Positions 1 through 8,554 of a stretch of 64,000 nucleotides of DNA are shown here, piece after piece. The position numbers and the translations under genes are program-made. The first letter of the stretch is position 1. Each line of letters starts with the position of its first letter. Below the pieces are notes generated by a model. It worked only from the letters and a program-made list of their open reading frames with translations. It did not search any database and was not told where the DNA came from. The DNA is from an uncultured delta proteobacterium (GTDB taxonomy: Bacteria; Desulfobacterota; Desulfobulbia; Desulfobulbales; JAGXFP01): contig CAWEAD010000005.1 in NCBI GenBank assembly GCA_963807225.1, forward strand, positions 544,456-608,455. The letters are read 5' to 3'.

Positions 1-220
1 ATGACTTTTTAGCACCTGACCCGGTCATTTGCAACTTCTAAAAATCCGTCTCTTTATCCACCCATGGATAACTGCAATCAATAGAGTCGGCTGGTAATTA
101 CATCCGCGGGTAGATATCACAAAACAACTCGGCTTCGGATACCTAAAGAGAATGCCCAGGCTGAAAAATCCCGACCGGGTTTTTTTCTTGATTTAAGGCA
201 TCCATGATAACAAGCCTCGA

Positions 221-2578
221 TTATTTCTTCTCTTTCCAGACCGTGCCCTTGGCGGTATCTATCACCTCGATGCCCTGACTGGCTAACTGATCGCGAACCC
301 CATCGGCCCGAGTCCAGTCTCCCTGGCGGCGGGCCGCCTCGCGCTCGCGAATCAGCTTGTCGATCTCTGGAGCCAGAGGGCATTTATCAAGATTCAGCAG
401 GTTCAGCACAGCGTTGACCCGTCTCAGGGTTTCCAGAATGTAATTCTTCTGATCCCGATCCAACTGACCCTGGCTGACTATGGGGTTGACCTTCTTGATA
501 AAGTCAAAGAGCACCCCGAAGGCCCGCGAGACATTGAGATCGTCGTCCATGGCACTGAAAAATCCTTCCTCCAGCTTGGTAAGAAAGGCGGCCACTTCCG
601 GGTGCGGCAGGTCGGGCTGCAGGCAAAGGAGTTTGGTGCAGAACTCGTCCAGCCGCTTGAGGCTGGACAAAGCCACATCCAACTTGCGGTAGGAAAAGTC
701 GATTGGCTTGCGGTAATGGGACCGCAGCAGGAAGTAGCGAACCTCCCGGGCCGTATATCCCTTGTCCAGCAAAGCGCGCAAGGTCAGCAAGGTGCCGGAA
801 TCGCGGTTCATCTTTTTGCCATCCACCAGTACCAGTTCGCTGTGCAGCCAGTAATTTGCCAAAGGCTTGCCGGATAAAGCCTCAGCAATAGCGATCTCGT
901 TTTCATGGTGGGGGAAGATAAGATCCCTGCTGCTGGAATGGATATCGATGGTCTCACCCAGAAAATGGCAGGACATGGCGGCACATTCGATATGCCAGCC
1001 CGGTCGCATGTTGCCCCATTCGGTAGCGTAGAAAATACCGCTTTTCAACTCGGTTAAAGCTGAGCGTTTGAGCAGGGTGAAGTCGACCGGGCTGTCTTTC
1101 TCATAGTCGTCCAGATCCACGGTACGTCCATGCTGGATCTTGCCCAGATCGATTCCGGAGAGGCGCCCGTAGCCGGAGAACTTAGAAATGTCAAAATAGA
1201 TCGACCCATGCTTTTCGTAAGCGAAACCACGTTTCACCAACTCTCTCGCCATCTCGATCATCTGTTCGACATGCTCCGAGGCCCGCGGGTATCCGGTAGC
1301 CGGCAAGACCCCCAAGGACGTGATATCAACCTTGAACTGATCGATGTACCGAGAGGTAAAGTCCTTAACCGACTCATGACTGGCCTGAGCGCCGCGGATG
1401 GTGTTGTCATCGAGGTCGGTGAAATTCATATAGAATTTCACCGTGTAGCCGTGGACGGTCAGTACCCGGTTGAGTAAATCGGAATGGATGAAGCGCCGAC
1501 AATGATCAAGGGTGGCTGGTTCATGAGCGGTGGGGCCGCAAGTATAGAAGGTGACCTGACCCGGTTTAATCGGCTTGAACAACTCCTTGCGTTTGCTCAA
1601 GGTATTGTGGAACCGCAACCTGGAGATCTTCTCCGGCTCGGAATTGGCGACCTCGGCGCTGAATAGAGAAGTGGACAGATATTTTTCCCCGCCATCGGGA
1701 AAAATCACTACGATAAGCCCACCTTCATCTTTGATCTGCTCGGCGCGGGTTAAAGCGGCGCACAGGGCCGCTCCGGAACTCATCCCCACAAAAACCCCCT
1801 CACGGGCGGCAAGTTGACGAGCCTTGTTAAAGGCCTCCTCATCAGGAATGTTAATGATCTGGAATGGTTCGTTGCGTCGAAAGATCCCGGGCTTATAGGA
1901 TTCCTTCATATTCTTGAGCCCTTGCAACTTATGGCCCAGAAAAGGCTCCATGGCAGTAACTTTGACCTCTGGATGGTGCTCGGCAAAATAGCGGCAGATG
2001 CCCATGGCTGTGCCGGTAGTGCCCAGGGTGGCAACCACGTCGGTAACCTTGCCGCCGGTCTGTTCCCAGATTTCCGGCCCGGTGTACTTGTAATGGGTCT
2101 GCCAGTTGGCGTCGTTATTGAATTGATCGGTAAGGAAATAACGATCCGGATGTTCACGGGCCATGGCATAGGCCTGTTCGATGGCTCCGTCGGTGGCCCG
2201 TTTGGCCGGGGTAAGTAGAATCTCGGCCCCGTAGCCGGTCATGATTTTACGCCGTTCGATGGAAGCCGACTCAGGCATCACCAGCTGACAACGGTATCCC
2301 TTAACTGCACAGACCATGGCCAGGCCGATACCGGTATTGCCGCTGGTCGCTTCCAACACCGTGCGGTCCGGAGTCAGTTCACCGCTCGCCTCGGCGTCCT
2401 CGATCATATTCAGGGCTATCCGATCCTTTACCGAACCACCGGGGTTGAAAGATTCAAGCTTGGCGTAAATGGCCACCTTCTTGAAAGAGTTGAGCCGTTT
2501 GATCGGCACGATGGGCGTGTTGCCGATCAGTTCAAGGATGTTCTGCGGTTGCTTGGCTAGTCGTGGACGAGTGGTCAT
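221..2578 (-). CDS. Fusion of PLP-dependent cysteine synthase (CysM-like, about aa 1-305) and a cysteinyl-tRNA synthetase-like module with degenerate ATP motifs
   Basis: N-terminal part has PGGSVKDR (PLP Lys), TSGNTG and GTTGT. C-terminal part has CGPT, MNFTDLDD, DFTLLK, RPGWHIECAAM, FPHHENEIA, HYRKPIDFS and an anticodon-domain-like end (REAARRQGDWTRADGVRDQL). One continuous ORF. Confidence 0.9.
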   Translation of the reverse strand: MTTRPRLAKQPQNILELIGNTPIVPIKRLNSFKKVAIYAKLESFNPGGSVKDRIALNMIEDAEASGELTPDRTVLEATSGNTGIGLAMVCAVKGYRCQLVMPESASIERRKIMTGYGAEILLTPAKRATDGAIEQAYAMAREHPDRYFLTDQFNNDANWQTHYKYTGPEIWEQTGGKVTDVVATLGTTGTAMGICRYFAEHHPEVKVTAMEPFLGHKLQGLKNMKESYKPGIFRRNEPFQIINIPDEEAFNKARQLAAREGVFVGMSSGAALCAALTRAEQIKDEGGLIVVIFPDGGEKYLSTSLFSAEVANSEPEKISRLRFHNTLSKRKELFKPIKPGQVTFYTCGPTAHEPATLDHCRRFIHSDLLNRVLTVHGYTVKFYMNFTDLDDNTIRGAQASHESVKDFTSRYIDQFKVDITSLGVLPATGYPRASEHVEQMIEMARELVKRGFAYEKHGSIYFDISKFSGYGRLSGIDLGKIQHGRTVDLDDYEKDSPVDFTLLKRSALTELKSGIFYATEWGNMRPGWHIECAAMSCHFLGETIDIHSSSRDLIFPHHENEIAIAEALSGKPLANYWLHSELVLVDGKKMNRDSGTLLTLRALLDKGYTAREVRYFLLRSHYRKPIDFSYRKLDVALSSLKRLDEFCTKLLCLQPDLPHPEVAAFLTKLEEGFFSAMDDDLNVSRAFGVLFDFIKKVNPIVSQGQLDRDQKNYILETLRRVNAVLNLLNLDKCPLAPEIDKLIREREAARRQGDWTRADGVRDQLASQGIEVIDTAKGTVWKEKK

Positions 2579-2647
2579 GACGCCTCTGATAATTGGTCCA
2601 AAAGATCCGCTATGGCTACGGTTTCACTCTTTTTAATGGTTGACCAT

Positions 2648-2686
2648 AAAAAAAGCAAGCTTCCCTAACTGGGGGGAAGCTTGCTT
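2648..2686 (-). terminator. Intrinsic terminator of the dsrMKJOP operon
   Basis: 13-bp perfect stem (aagcaagcttccc / gggaagcttgctt) followed by a 7-U tract on the minus strand, just after the dsrP stop. Confidence 0.85.
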
Positions 2687-2723
2687 AGAAAAGATCTAAA
2701 GATCAGGACAACCTGAGATCGGT

Positions 2724-3893
2724 TTAACTCTCCTTGGTCAGTTTTACGGAAATAGCCGCTTTATAGAGGATGGTGAGGATGAAGAAGCCTGTGGCCCAAA
2801 CCCCGATGGTGATCCCAACTTCACCTGCTGAAGGATAGTACTCGGTGACGTACTCCAGGGGGCTGGGAACGAAGCCGCCCAGCACCAGGCCCAAACCCTT
2901 ATCGATCCAGAGCGACAGGAAGATCGCTCCGCAAAGCCAAGCGATCAATGTATAGCTCTCACGCACCTTGGGGAAAAGCAGGGCGATGGTGGCGGAAATA
3001 CCGATGACCATGGAAAAGCGCATGGGTAAAACAAGATTGTTGTAGGTGACGCCGTCTTCGGTAAGCCCGAAGAATAGATAATCCAGGGTGTGCATATGCC
3101 CTGGGATCTGGCTGTAATAGGCGACGAAGAACTCCAGTCCGACAAAGAAGAAGTTTAAAATGGCGGCGTAGGTGATGATGGTGACCAGCTTATTGATCGC
3201 TTCCCGACCAGCATCGAACGCGGTGAACCGGCGAAGGATCAAGGCGCAGATGACCAGCAGGGAAGGACCGGCGGCAAAGGCCGAGGCCAGGAAACGCGGG
3301 GCCAGGATGGCGGTCAGCCAGTAATGGCGCCCCGGTAGACCACAGTAAAGAAAGGCGGTAACCGTGTGGATGCTGATTGCCCAGGGAATGGAGATGTAAA
3401 TCAATACCTTAACCCATTTGGGCGGCGGAACGTTCGCCTTCTCGCAGTTCAGTATCACCCAGCCGCCGACGATGTTCAGGAACAGGTAACCGTTCAAAAC
3501 GATCATGTCCCAGAAAAGGATCGAGTTAGGGGTCGGATGCAACAGCACGTTCAGAGCTCGCATCGGCTGGCCCAGATCGGCCAGGATGAACATCAGGCAC
3601 ATCGCAACCGCGGCCACGGCCATGAATTCGCCGAGGATGGTAATCCGCCCGAAAGCCTTATAGTTGTGGAGGTAGTATGGCAACACCAGCATTACCCCAC
3701 CGGCTGCTACCCCGACCAGGAAGGTGAACTGGGAGATGTAAAGCCCCCAGGAGACGTCGCGGCTCATGCCGGTGTAACCGAGACCATAGTTGAACTGCTG
3801 GACATAGCAGGCCCCGCCGATGCCCATTAGCACCAGGAGGAAGGTCAGCCAGGTCCAGTATTTGCTGTCGCCAGTAAGCGCTTTCTCAATCAT
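2724..3893 (-). CDS. dsrP: DsrP, NrfD/PsrC-family integral membrane subunit
   Basis: Multi-TM protein with SWGLYISQFTFLVGVAAG and ADLGQPMR NrfD motifs; last gene of the dsrMKJOP cluster. Confidence 0.92.
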   Translation of the reverse strand: MIEKALTGDSKYWTWLTFLLVLMGIGGACYVQQFNYGLGYTGMSRDVSWGLYISQFTFLVGVAAGGVMLVLPYYLHNYKAFGRITILGEFMAVAAVAMCLMFILADLGQPMRALNVLLHPTPNSILFWDMIVLNGYLFLNIVGGWVILNCEKANVPPPKWVKVLIYISIPWAISIHTVTAFLYCGLPGRHYWLTAILAPRFLASAFAAGPSLLVICALILRRFTAFDAGREAINKLVTIITYAAILNFFFVGLEFFVAYYSQIPGHMHTLDYLFFGLTEDGVTYNNLVLPMRFSMVIGISATIALLFPKVRESYTLIAWLCGAIFLSLWIDKGLGLVLGGFVPSPLEYVTEYYPSAGEVGITIGVWATGFFILTILYKAAISVKLTKES

Positions 3894-3904
3894 GATATTT
3901 CACC

Positions 3905-4708
3905 TCAGATGATATAGAAAATCGACGGATGGGTACCAAGCGCCGGTTTCCGCTGGATGGTAAACTTCTCCTTGAGGACCTGGCTGACCTCGGAATTCGG
4001 ATCGTTCAGGTCGCCAAAGAACATGGCGCCACTGGGTCGAGCCTTCTCGACACAGGCTGGTTGCATACCTTCGGCCAAGCGCTCATTGCACAAGGTGCAT
4101 TTTTCTACCACGCCGCGCATCCGGGTAGGAAATTCAGGGTTCTCCTTTTTGATAAAAGGCCGTGGGTCACGCCAGTTGAAGCTCCTGGCGCCGTAAGGAC
4201 AAGCGGCCATGCAAAAGCGGCAACCGATGCAGCGATGGAAGTCCATCATGACAATGCCGTCGCGGTTCTTGAAGGTTGCCTTGGTCGGGCAGGCCCGGAC
4301 GCAAGGCGGGTTGTCGCAGTGGTTGCAGAGAGTCAATACCGGTATGTTCTCCAATTCCTCATTGCGCTTATACTGACTGTGCTCGGGAAAGGCATGTTCG
4401 AAGTTCTCGGTCCAGATCCACTTGACCGCATCCTTCTTGTCGTCCCCAAAATCAGGGACGTTGTGAATTGAATGGCAGGCATCTATACAAAGCTGAGTCA
4501 GCCCCTGATCCTCCGCGAATTTCCGGGTATCGATCACGAAGCCATAGCGCTTGGCACCACTCACCACCTCCGTTCCCTTTTCGGCGGCCTCACCTGTGCT
4601 GGCCTGAACCTCACCCTTGAGCAGAGAATTAAAGGCGGTAGGGGCACCAATGCCGGCAATGGCGGAGAGGCCGGCTATCTTGAGAAATTTTCTTCTGCCG
4701 TTATCCAT
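3905..4708 (-). CDS. dsrO: DsrO, periplasmic Fe-S (NrfC-like) subunit
   Basis: Tat signal (RRKFLK); CNHCDNPPCVRACP, CIGCRFCMAACP and EKCTLC motifs. Confidence 0.93.
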   Translation of the reverse strand: MDNGRRKFLKIAGLSAIAGIGAPTAFNSLLKGEVQASTGEAAEKGTEVVSGAKRYGFVIDTRKFAEDQGLTQLCIDACHSIHNVPDFGDDKKDAVKWIWTENFEHAFPEHSQYKRNEELENIPVLTLCNHCDNPPCVRACPTKATFKNRDGIVMMDFHRCIGCRFCMAACPYGARSFNWRDPRPFIKKENPEFPTRMRGVVEKCTLCNERLAEGMQPACVEKARPSGAMFFGDLNDPNSEVSQVLKEKFTIQRKPALGTHPSIFYII

Positions 4709-5097
4709 TAGTTGGCCTCCTTAGGCTGAAGATGGCAATCCCAGCAGTAAGGTTTTACAGCTGCGTAGGTGTGGCACTCGTCGCAGAATTTCTTCTTGCT
4801 GGCGTGGCACTTCATGCAACCTTTCTGCAAGCTCCTGATATATTCGGTGCCGTCGGAGGTCTGCCCGTGACGGGTACCTCCCATTCGGACGATGTCGTCA
4901 CGCCACTCGTTGAGCAGCACCATGTGGGACTTTCGCATTTCGGCAGTGGGCAGAACGCACTGCTTGGCGATGGTCGGTTTTTCCGGCACTGGTAACTTGC
5001 CGCCCCCACCAAATCCGTACCAGATCGGGAATGTCACCAGACCAACAAACACAATCAAACCGGGTATGATTTTTCCTTTGTCATACATTGGCATCAC
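4708..5097 (-). CDS. dsrJ: DsrJ, triheme cytochrome c
   Basis: Three CxxCH motifs (CMKCH, CDECH, CWDCH), an N-terminal TM anchor, and position between dsrK and dsrO. Confidence 0.93.
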   Translation of the reverse strand: MMPMYDKGKIIPGLIVFVGLVTFPIWYGFGGGGKLPVPEKPTIAKQCVLPTAEMRKSHMVLLNEWRDDIVRMGGTRHGQTSDGTEYIRSLQKGCMKCHASKKKFCDECHTYAAVKPYCWDCHLQPKEAN

Positions 5098-6737
5098 CCT
5101 TCCATTCCTTCAAGGGGTTCAAACCGGAGCCCGGTTTCCCTTTCTTTTTCACCCTCCATAACCAGGGCGTTGCCGACCAGCTCGGAAACACCGCAGACCT
5201 CGACATCAGGATTCCAGTACTGCATCAGAGACAGCAGCGTCGCCCGGTCGATGGCGCAGACGCAGGAGAGCATGTTGACACCGTATCTGTCATGCACGTG
5301 TTTAACGGCGTTGGCTCTGGGTAGCCCGGCCCGCATGCGCAGATCCATGATTTCGCCGGTGTTGAGGCCGGTGCCGCTACCGCAGCAGAATGTCTGCTCG
5401 CGAATGGTGTTCTCCGGCATCTCGTAGAAGTTATTTATTACATTTTTGAGGACATACCTGGGTTCTTCCAGAAGTCCCATGGCCCGGGCCGGGTTACAGG
5501 AATCGTGGAAGGTCACCTTGCGATGATTGTTCCGGGAAGGATCGAGCTTCAGCTTTCCATGCTTGATCAGATCAGCGGTAAACTCACTGATATGGACCAT
5601 CTTGGTGGAGGCGGCATTCTCGAAAACTGTGCCGGTGATCGGCGACTTGGGCACCTCCAGGAAGTCGGCCGGGCCGTTCATGGTATCCATGTACTGATGG
5701 ATGACCCGCCACATGTGGCCGCATTCGCCACCCAGGATCCACTTTACTCCCAAGCGCTTGGCCTCGGCGTACATCTTGGCGTTCAGTTTCTTCATCAGCT
5801 CATTGTTGGTGAAGAGACCGAAGTTACCGCCTTCCGAGGCATAAGTCGACCAGGTATAGTCCAGGCCAAGATGCTCGAAGAGCAAGAGATAACCCATGGC
5901 CGTGTATATGCCGGGCTCGGCGAAGACATCGGCCGAAGGAGTGATGAAGAGGATCTCGGCCCCCTTGCGGTTAAAAGTTGGCTCGATGCGAATCCCGGTG
6001 ATCTCCTCGATATCATCACAGAGGTAACCGATATTGTCCTTGAAGGTGTGGGGCTGTAACCCCATATGGTTGCCGGTCCGGTTGGAGTTGGAAGCCGGTT
6101 CCAGAATCCAGTTGGTGTTGACCCCTACCAGATGCAACAGTTCCCGGGCCATCATGGTAATCTCGGCGGTATCGATGCCATAGGGGCAGAAAACCGAACA
6201 GCGCCGACACTCGGTGCACTGGTAGAAGTACATGAACCATTCCTTCAATACCTCGAAGGTCATCTCCCGTCCGCCGGCCAGCTTGCCGAGAATCTTGCCG
6301 GCTTTGGTAAACTCGTTACGGTAAATCGAGCGTAACAGCTCGGCCCGCAACACCGGCATGTTCTTGGGATCGCCGGTACCCAGGAAGAAGTGACATTTGT
6401 CGGCACAGGCACCACACCTGACACAGCAGTCCATGAAGATTTTGAAGGAACGGAATTTGTCCAGCCGCTCCTTGATTCCCTGGATGATTATTTCCTTCCA
6501 GTTTTCCGGCAGCTTCCAATCTTCATCCTCGGGTTTCCACAACCGTGATTCGCCGAACTTGCCGGGCAGGTTTTTGTCAAGGTAGGCGGCCATTTCCGGT
6601 TTTCCGGGGTAACAATAGTTGCCCGGCTTGAAGACCGCCGGCACGTCCATCCACTCCTTGGTCGGGACGGCGCCCGTCATCATCGACGGGTCCTTCGCCA
6701 CGCTGACGCTCATTTGCTCAACTTTAGTATCTGCCAT
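5094..6737 (-). CDS. dsrK: DsrK, HdrD-like Fe-S/CCG catalytic subunit
   Basis: CVRCGACADKC, CTECRRCSVFCP, ECGH, FHDSC, FCCGSG and CAIDRA motifs. Confidence 0.95.
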   Translation of the reverse strand: MADTKVEQMSVSVAKDPSMMTGAVPTKEWMDVPAVFKPGNYCYPGKPEMAAYLDKNLPGKFGESRLWKPEDEDWKLPENWKEIIIQGIKERLDKFRSFKIFMDCCVRCGACADKCHFFLGTGDPKNMPVLRAELLRSIYRNEFTKAGKILGKLAGGREMTFEVLKEWFMYFYQCTECRRCSVFCPYGIDTAEITMMARELLHLVGVNTNWILEPASNSNRTGNHMGLQPHTFKDNIGYLCDDIEEITGIRIEPTFNRKGAEILFITPSADVFAEPGIYTAMGYLLLFEHLGLDYTWSTYASEGGNFGLFTNNELMKKLNAKMYAEAKRLGVKWILGGECGHMWRVIHQYMDTMNGPADFLEVPKSPITGTVFENAASTKMVHISEFTADLIKHGKLKLDPSRNNHRKVTFHDSCNPARAMGLLEEPRYVLKNVINNFYEMPENTIREQTFCCGSGTGLNTGEIMDLRMRAGLPRANAVKHVHDRYGVNMLSCVCAIDRATLLSLMQYWNPDVEVCGVSELVGNALVMEGEKERETGLRFEPLEGMEG

Positions 6738-6771
6738 TTTCGCGATCCCTTATAGTTAGCTGTTTTCAGGC

Positions 6772-7812
6772 TTATTCAGACTCAGCCGGAACCTCTTCTG
6801 TTGCCTTCGGCTCCAATTCCTTTTCCACCGGGATTCCCGCATCAACCATGAACTCCCGGAAATCATCCTCATAGGAGGCATAGGAATGCGGTTTAATCGA
6901 CGGATCGTTCCACGGGTTGATGTGGCGTACCATCCGGCTGTTATTGGCCATGTTCCGGGTGGGGCTAAGGAAGACACCACCCATATGCATCAGCTTACTG
7001 AAGGGAAAATACGCCATCAGAGTGGTGACCAGAAAAAAGTGCACGAAAAAGAGGTCGCCGATATTCTCAAGGGGAGCACCGGTCTGAAAGGTCACCAGCC
7101 CGTGGACCAGGGTTTTTATGTTAATCACATCGACCCGAACAAAATACCGCATGGTCACGCCGGTCAAGCCGATTGCCAGAATCAGGAAGAGCGGAAAGTA
7201 ATCGGCCGGCAAAGAGATATAGCGGATTGCCGGCAAGACCACTCGGCGCAGAAAAAGAAAGGTTACGGCGGTGAGAAACAACAGATCTGTAATATAGAGG
7301 GGTGGCGCCCCTACCTGCAGGAAGCCGTCGCCGAACTCCAAGACATGTATAAACCCGGGAATCGGGTCGGTAAACAGACGCATATGTCGCAGGACGATGA
7401 CCAGGAATGAATAGTGAAACATCAGACCAAACAGCCAGAGATACTTGCTGCTCAGGTAGGAAAGTTTAGGACCTTCATCAATCTTCGCCTGGGTATTGCG
7501 GAACAGGGAGCGGAACAGAAAAACCTCCAGAAACATCCTCCCCAAAACCCCGGCAGTAGTCGAAGGGCAATCAAGCTTGTTCTGCTTGATCCAGGGCAGA
7601 GAACTTTCCTGGCCGCAGGTGGTCGGGATCCGAAAGGGCACCGGCGACTTCGCCCAGTTCACGATCTTCTTAATGAAGAAGACAATGAATACGGCAAAAG
7701 CCAGCCAAGGCAATACTACCCCGAACAGCGTCCGCCCCCCGGGCACCTGCACGCCTAGGAAAGCGACCAGCATCAGCGCTAGAACAATTAATAATGAATT
7801 CAGGACTCTCAT
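6772..7812 (-). CDS. dsrM: DsrM, NarI-like cytochrome b subunit
   Basis: PFRIPTTCGQ, FHYSFLVIVLRH and YFPFSKLMHMGGVF motifs; multi-TM. Confidence 0.95.
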   Translation of the reverse strand: MRVLNSLLIVLALMLVAFLGVQVPGGRTLFGVVLPWLAFAVFIVFFIKKIVNWAKSPVPFRIPTTCGQESSLPWIKQNKLDCPSTTAGVLGRMFLEVFLFRSLFRNTQAKIDEGPKLSYLSSKYLWLFGLMFHYSFLVIVLRHMRLFTDPIPGFIHVLEFGDGFLQVGAPPLYITDLLFLTAVTFLFLRRVVLPAIRYISLPADYFPLFLILAIGLTGVTMRYFVRVDVINIKTLVHGLVTFQTGAPLENIGDLFFVHFFLVTTLMAYFPFSKLMHMGGVFLSPTRNMANNSRMVRHINPWNDPSIKPHSYASYEDDFREFMVDAGIPVEKELEPKATEEVPAESE

Positions 7813-7818
7813 TTACTG

Positions 7819-8391
7819 TTACCTCGCGTCTTGTTGACTGTGGTTAAGGTTGCCATCGCTCTCCGCCTGTTTATTATTAATTTCCTCCCGCAACATCGCG
7901 GACGGACATCTTGCCTTATCGATAACCTGGTGACGACCGCTCTCCACCTCCCGAATCCGTACTTGATAGAGGCGCTCTCGGCTGGCCATATACAGATCGA
8001 AACCGGCCAATGCCAAGCGGTCAATTCTGCCTACCAATTCCGGCCATTCCTGCTCAATTTCTGCCGACCATTCCTGGTGGCATTCCTGTCGGATGATCTC
8101 TTTTAGCCCAAAAATGAAGGCCAGGGCAGCAGAAGGTGCCAATTCCACCTGCACCGCCCGCAGTTTCATGAGGTGCTCGAGGGCCGCCTCCACCCCGGTC
8201 GGTTCCGGGCTGCGGATATCCCTGTATAAAAGGCGCAACCCTTCGGAGAAACTGGACCCGAGCGGGTTGGCGAAGGGATCTTTTCCCTGCAGAAATCGCA
8301 AGGCTTCCGGCTTAAACTCGCTGAGAATCAGGGCGAGCCATTTTTTGTGAATAGACGGCTCTTTCTCCGCCAGAAGCTGCAGAATGCGCAT
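7819..8391 (-). CDS. RsbRD N-terminal-domain-like protein leading the dsrMKJOP operon
   Basis: DPFANPLG...LMKLRAVQ..APSAALAFIFGLKEIIR pattern; stop lies 6 nt before the dsrM start. Confidence 0.7.
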   Translation of the reverse strand: MRILQLLAEKEPSIHKKWLALILSEFKPEALRFLQGKDPFANPLGSSFSEGLRLLYRDIRSPEPTGVEAALEHLMKLRAVQVELAPSAALAFIFGLKEIIRQECHQEWSAEIEQEWPELVGRIDRLALAGFDLYMASRERLYQVRIREVESGRHQVIDKARCPSAMLREEINNKQAESDGNLNHSQQDAR

Positions 8392-8554
8392 ATATCAGAT
8401 CTAAACCAGCAGTGGGAAATGATTTGCGAACCGCTCCTAAATATGAATGGCGATTCAGTGGATGACCAAAATCACTAGCATGTTTGTAATTTATTTTCAA
8501 GAATAAAAAGGAGGCGTGGAATGAGCGGGCCGACGATCAGAACAACCGGCCTGA

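Noticed and set aside
165-186. Terminator for the cysteine synthase fusion gene
   Set aside because: Only a 3-bp GC core with a mismatch; too weak to call.
8392-8554. Rex operator or clear sigma70 promoter for dsrMKJOP
   Set aside because: The best Rex-like match has 4-5 mismatches, and TTGAAA-17-TAGTGA lacks the conserved -10 T.
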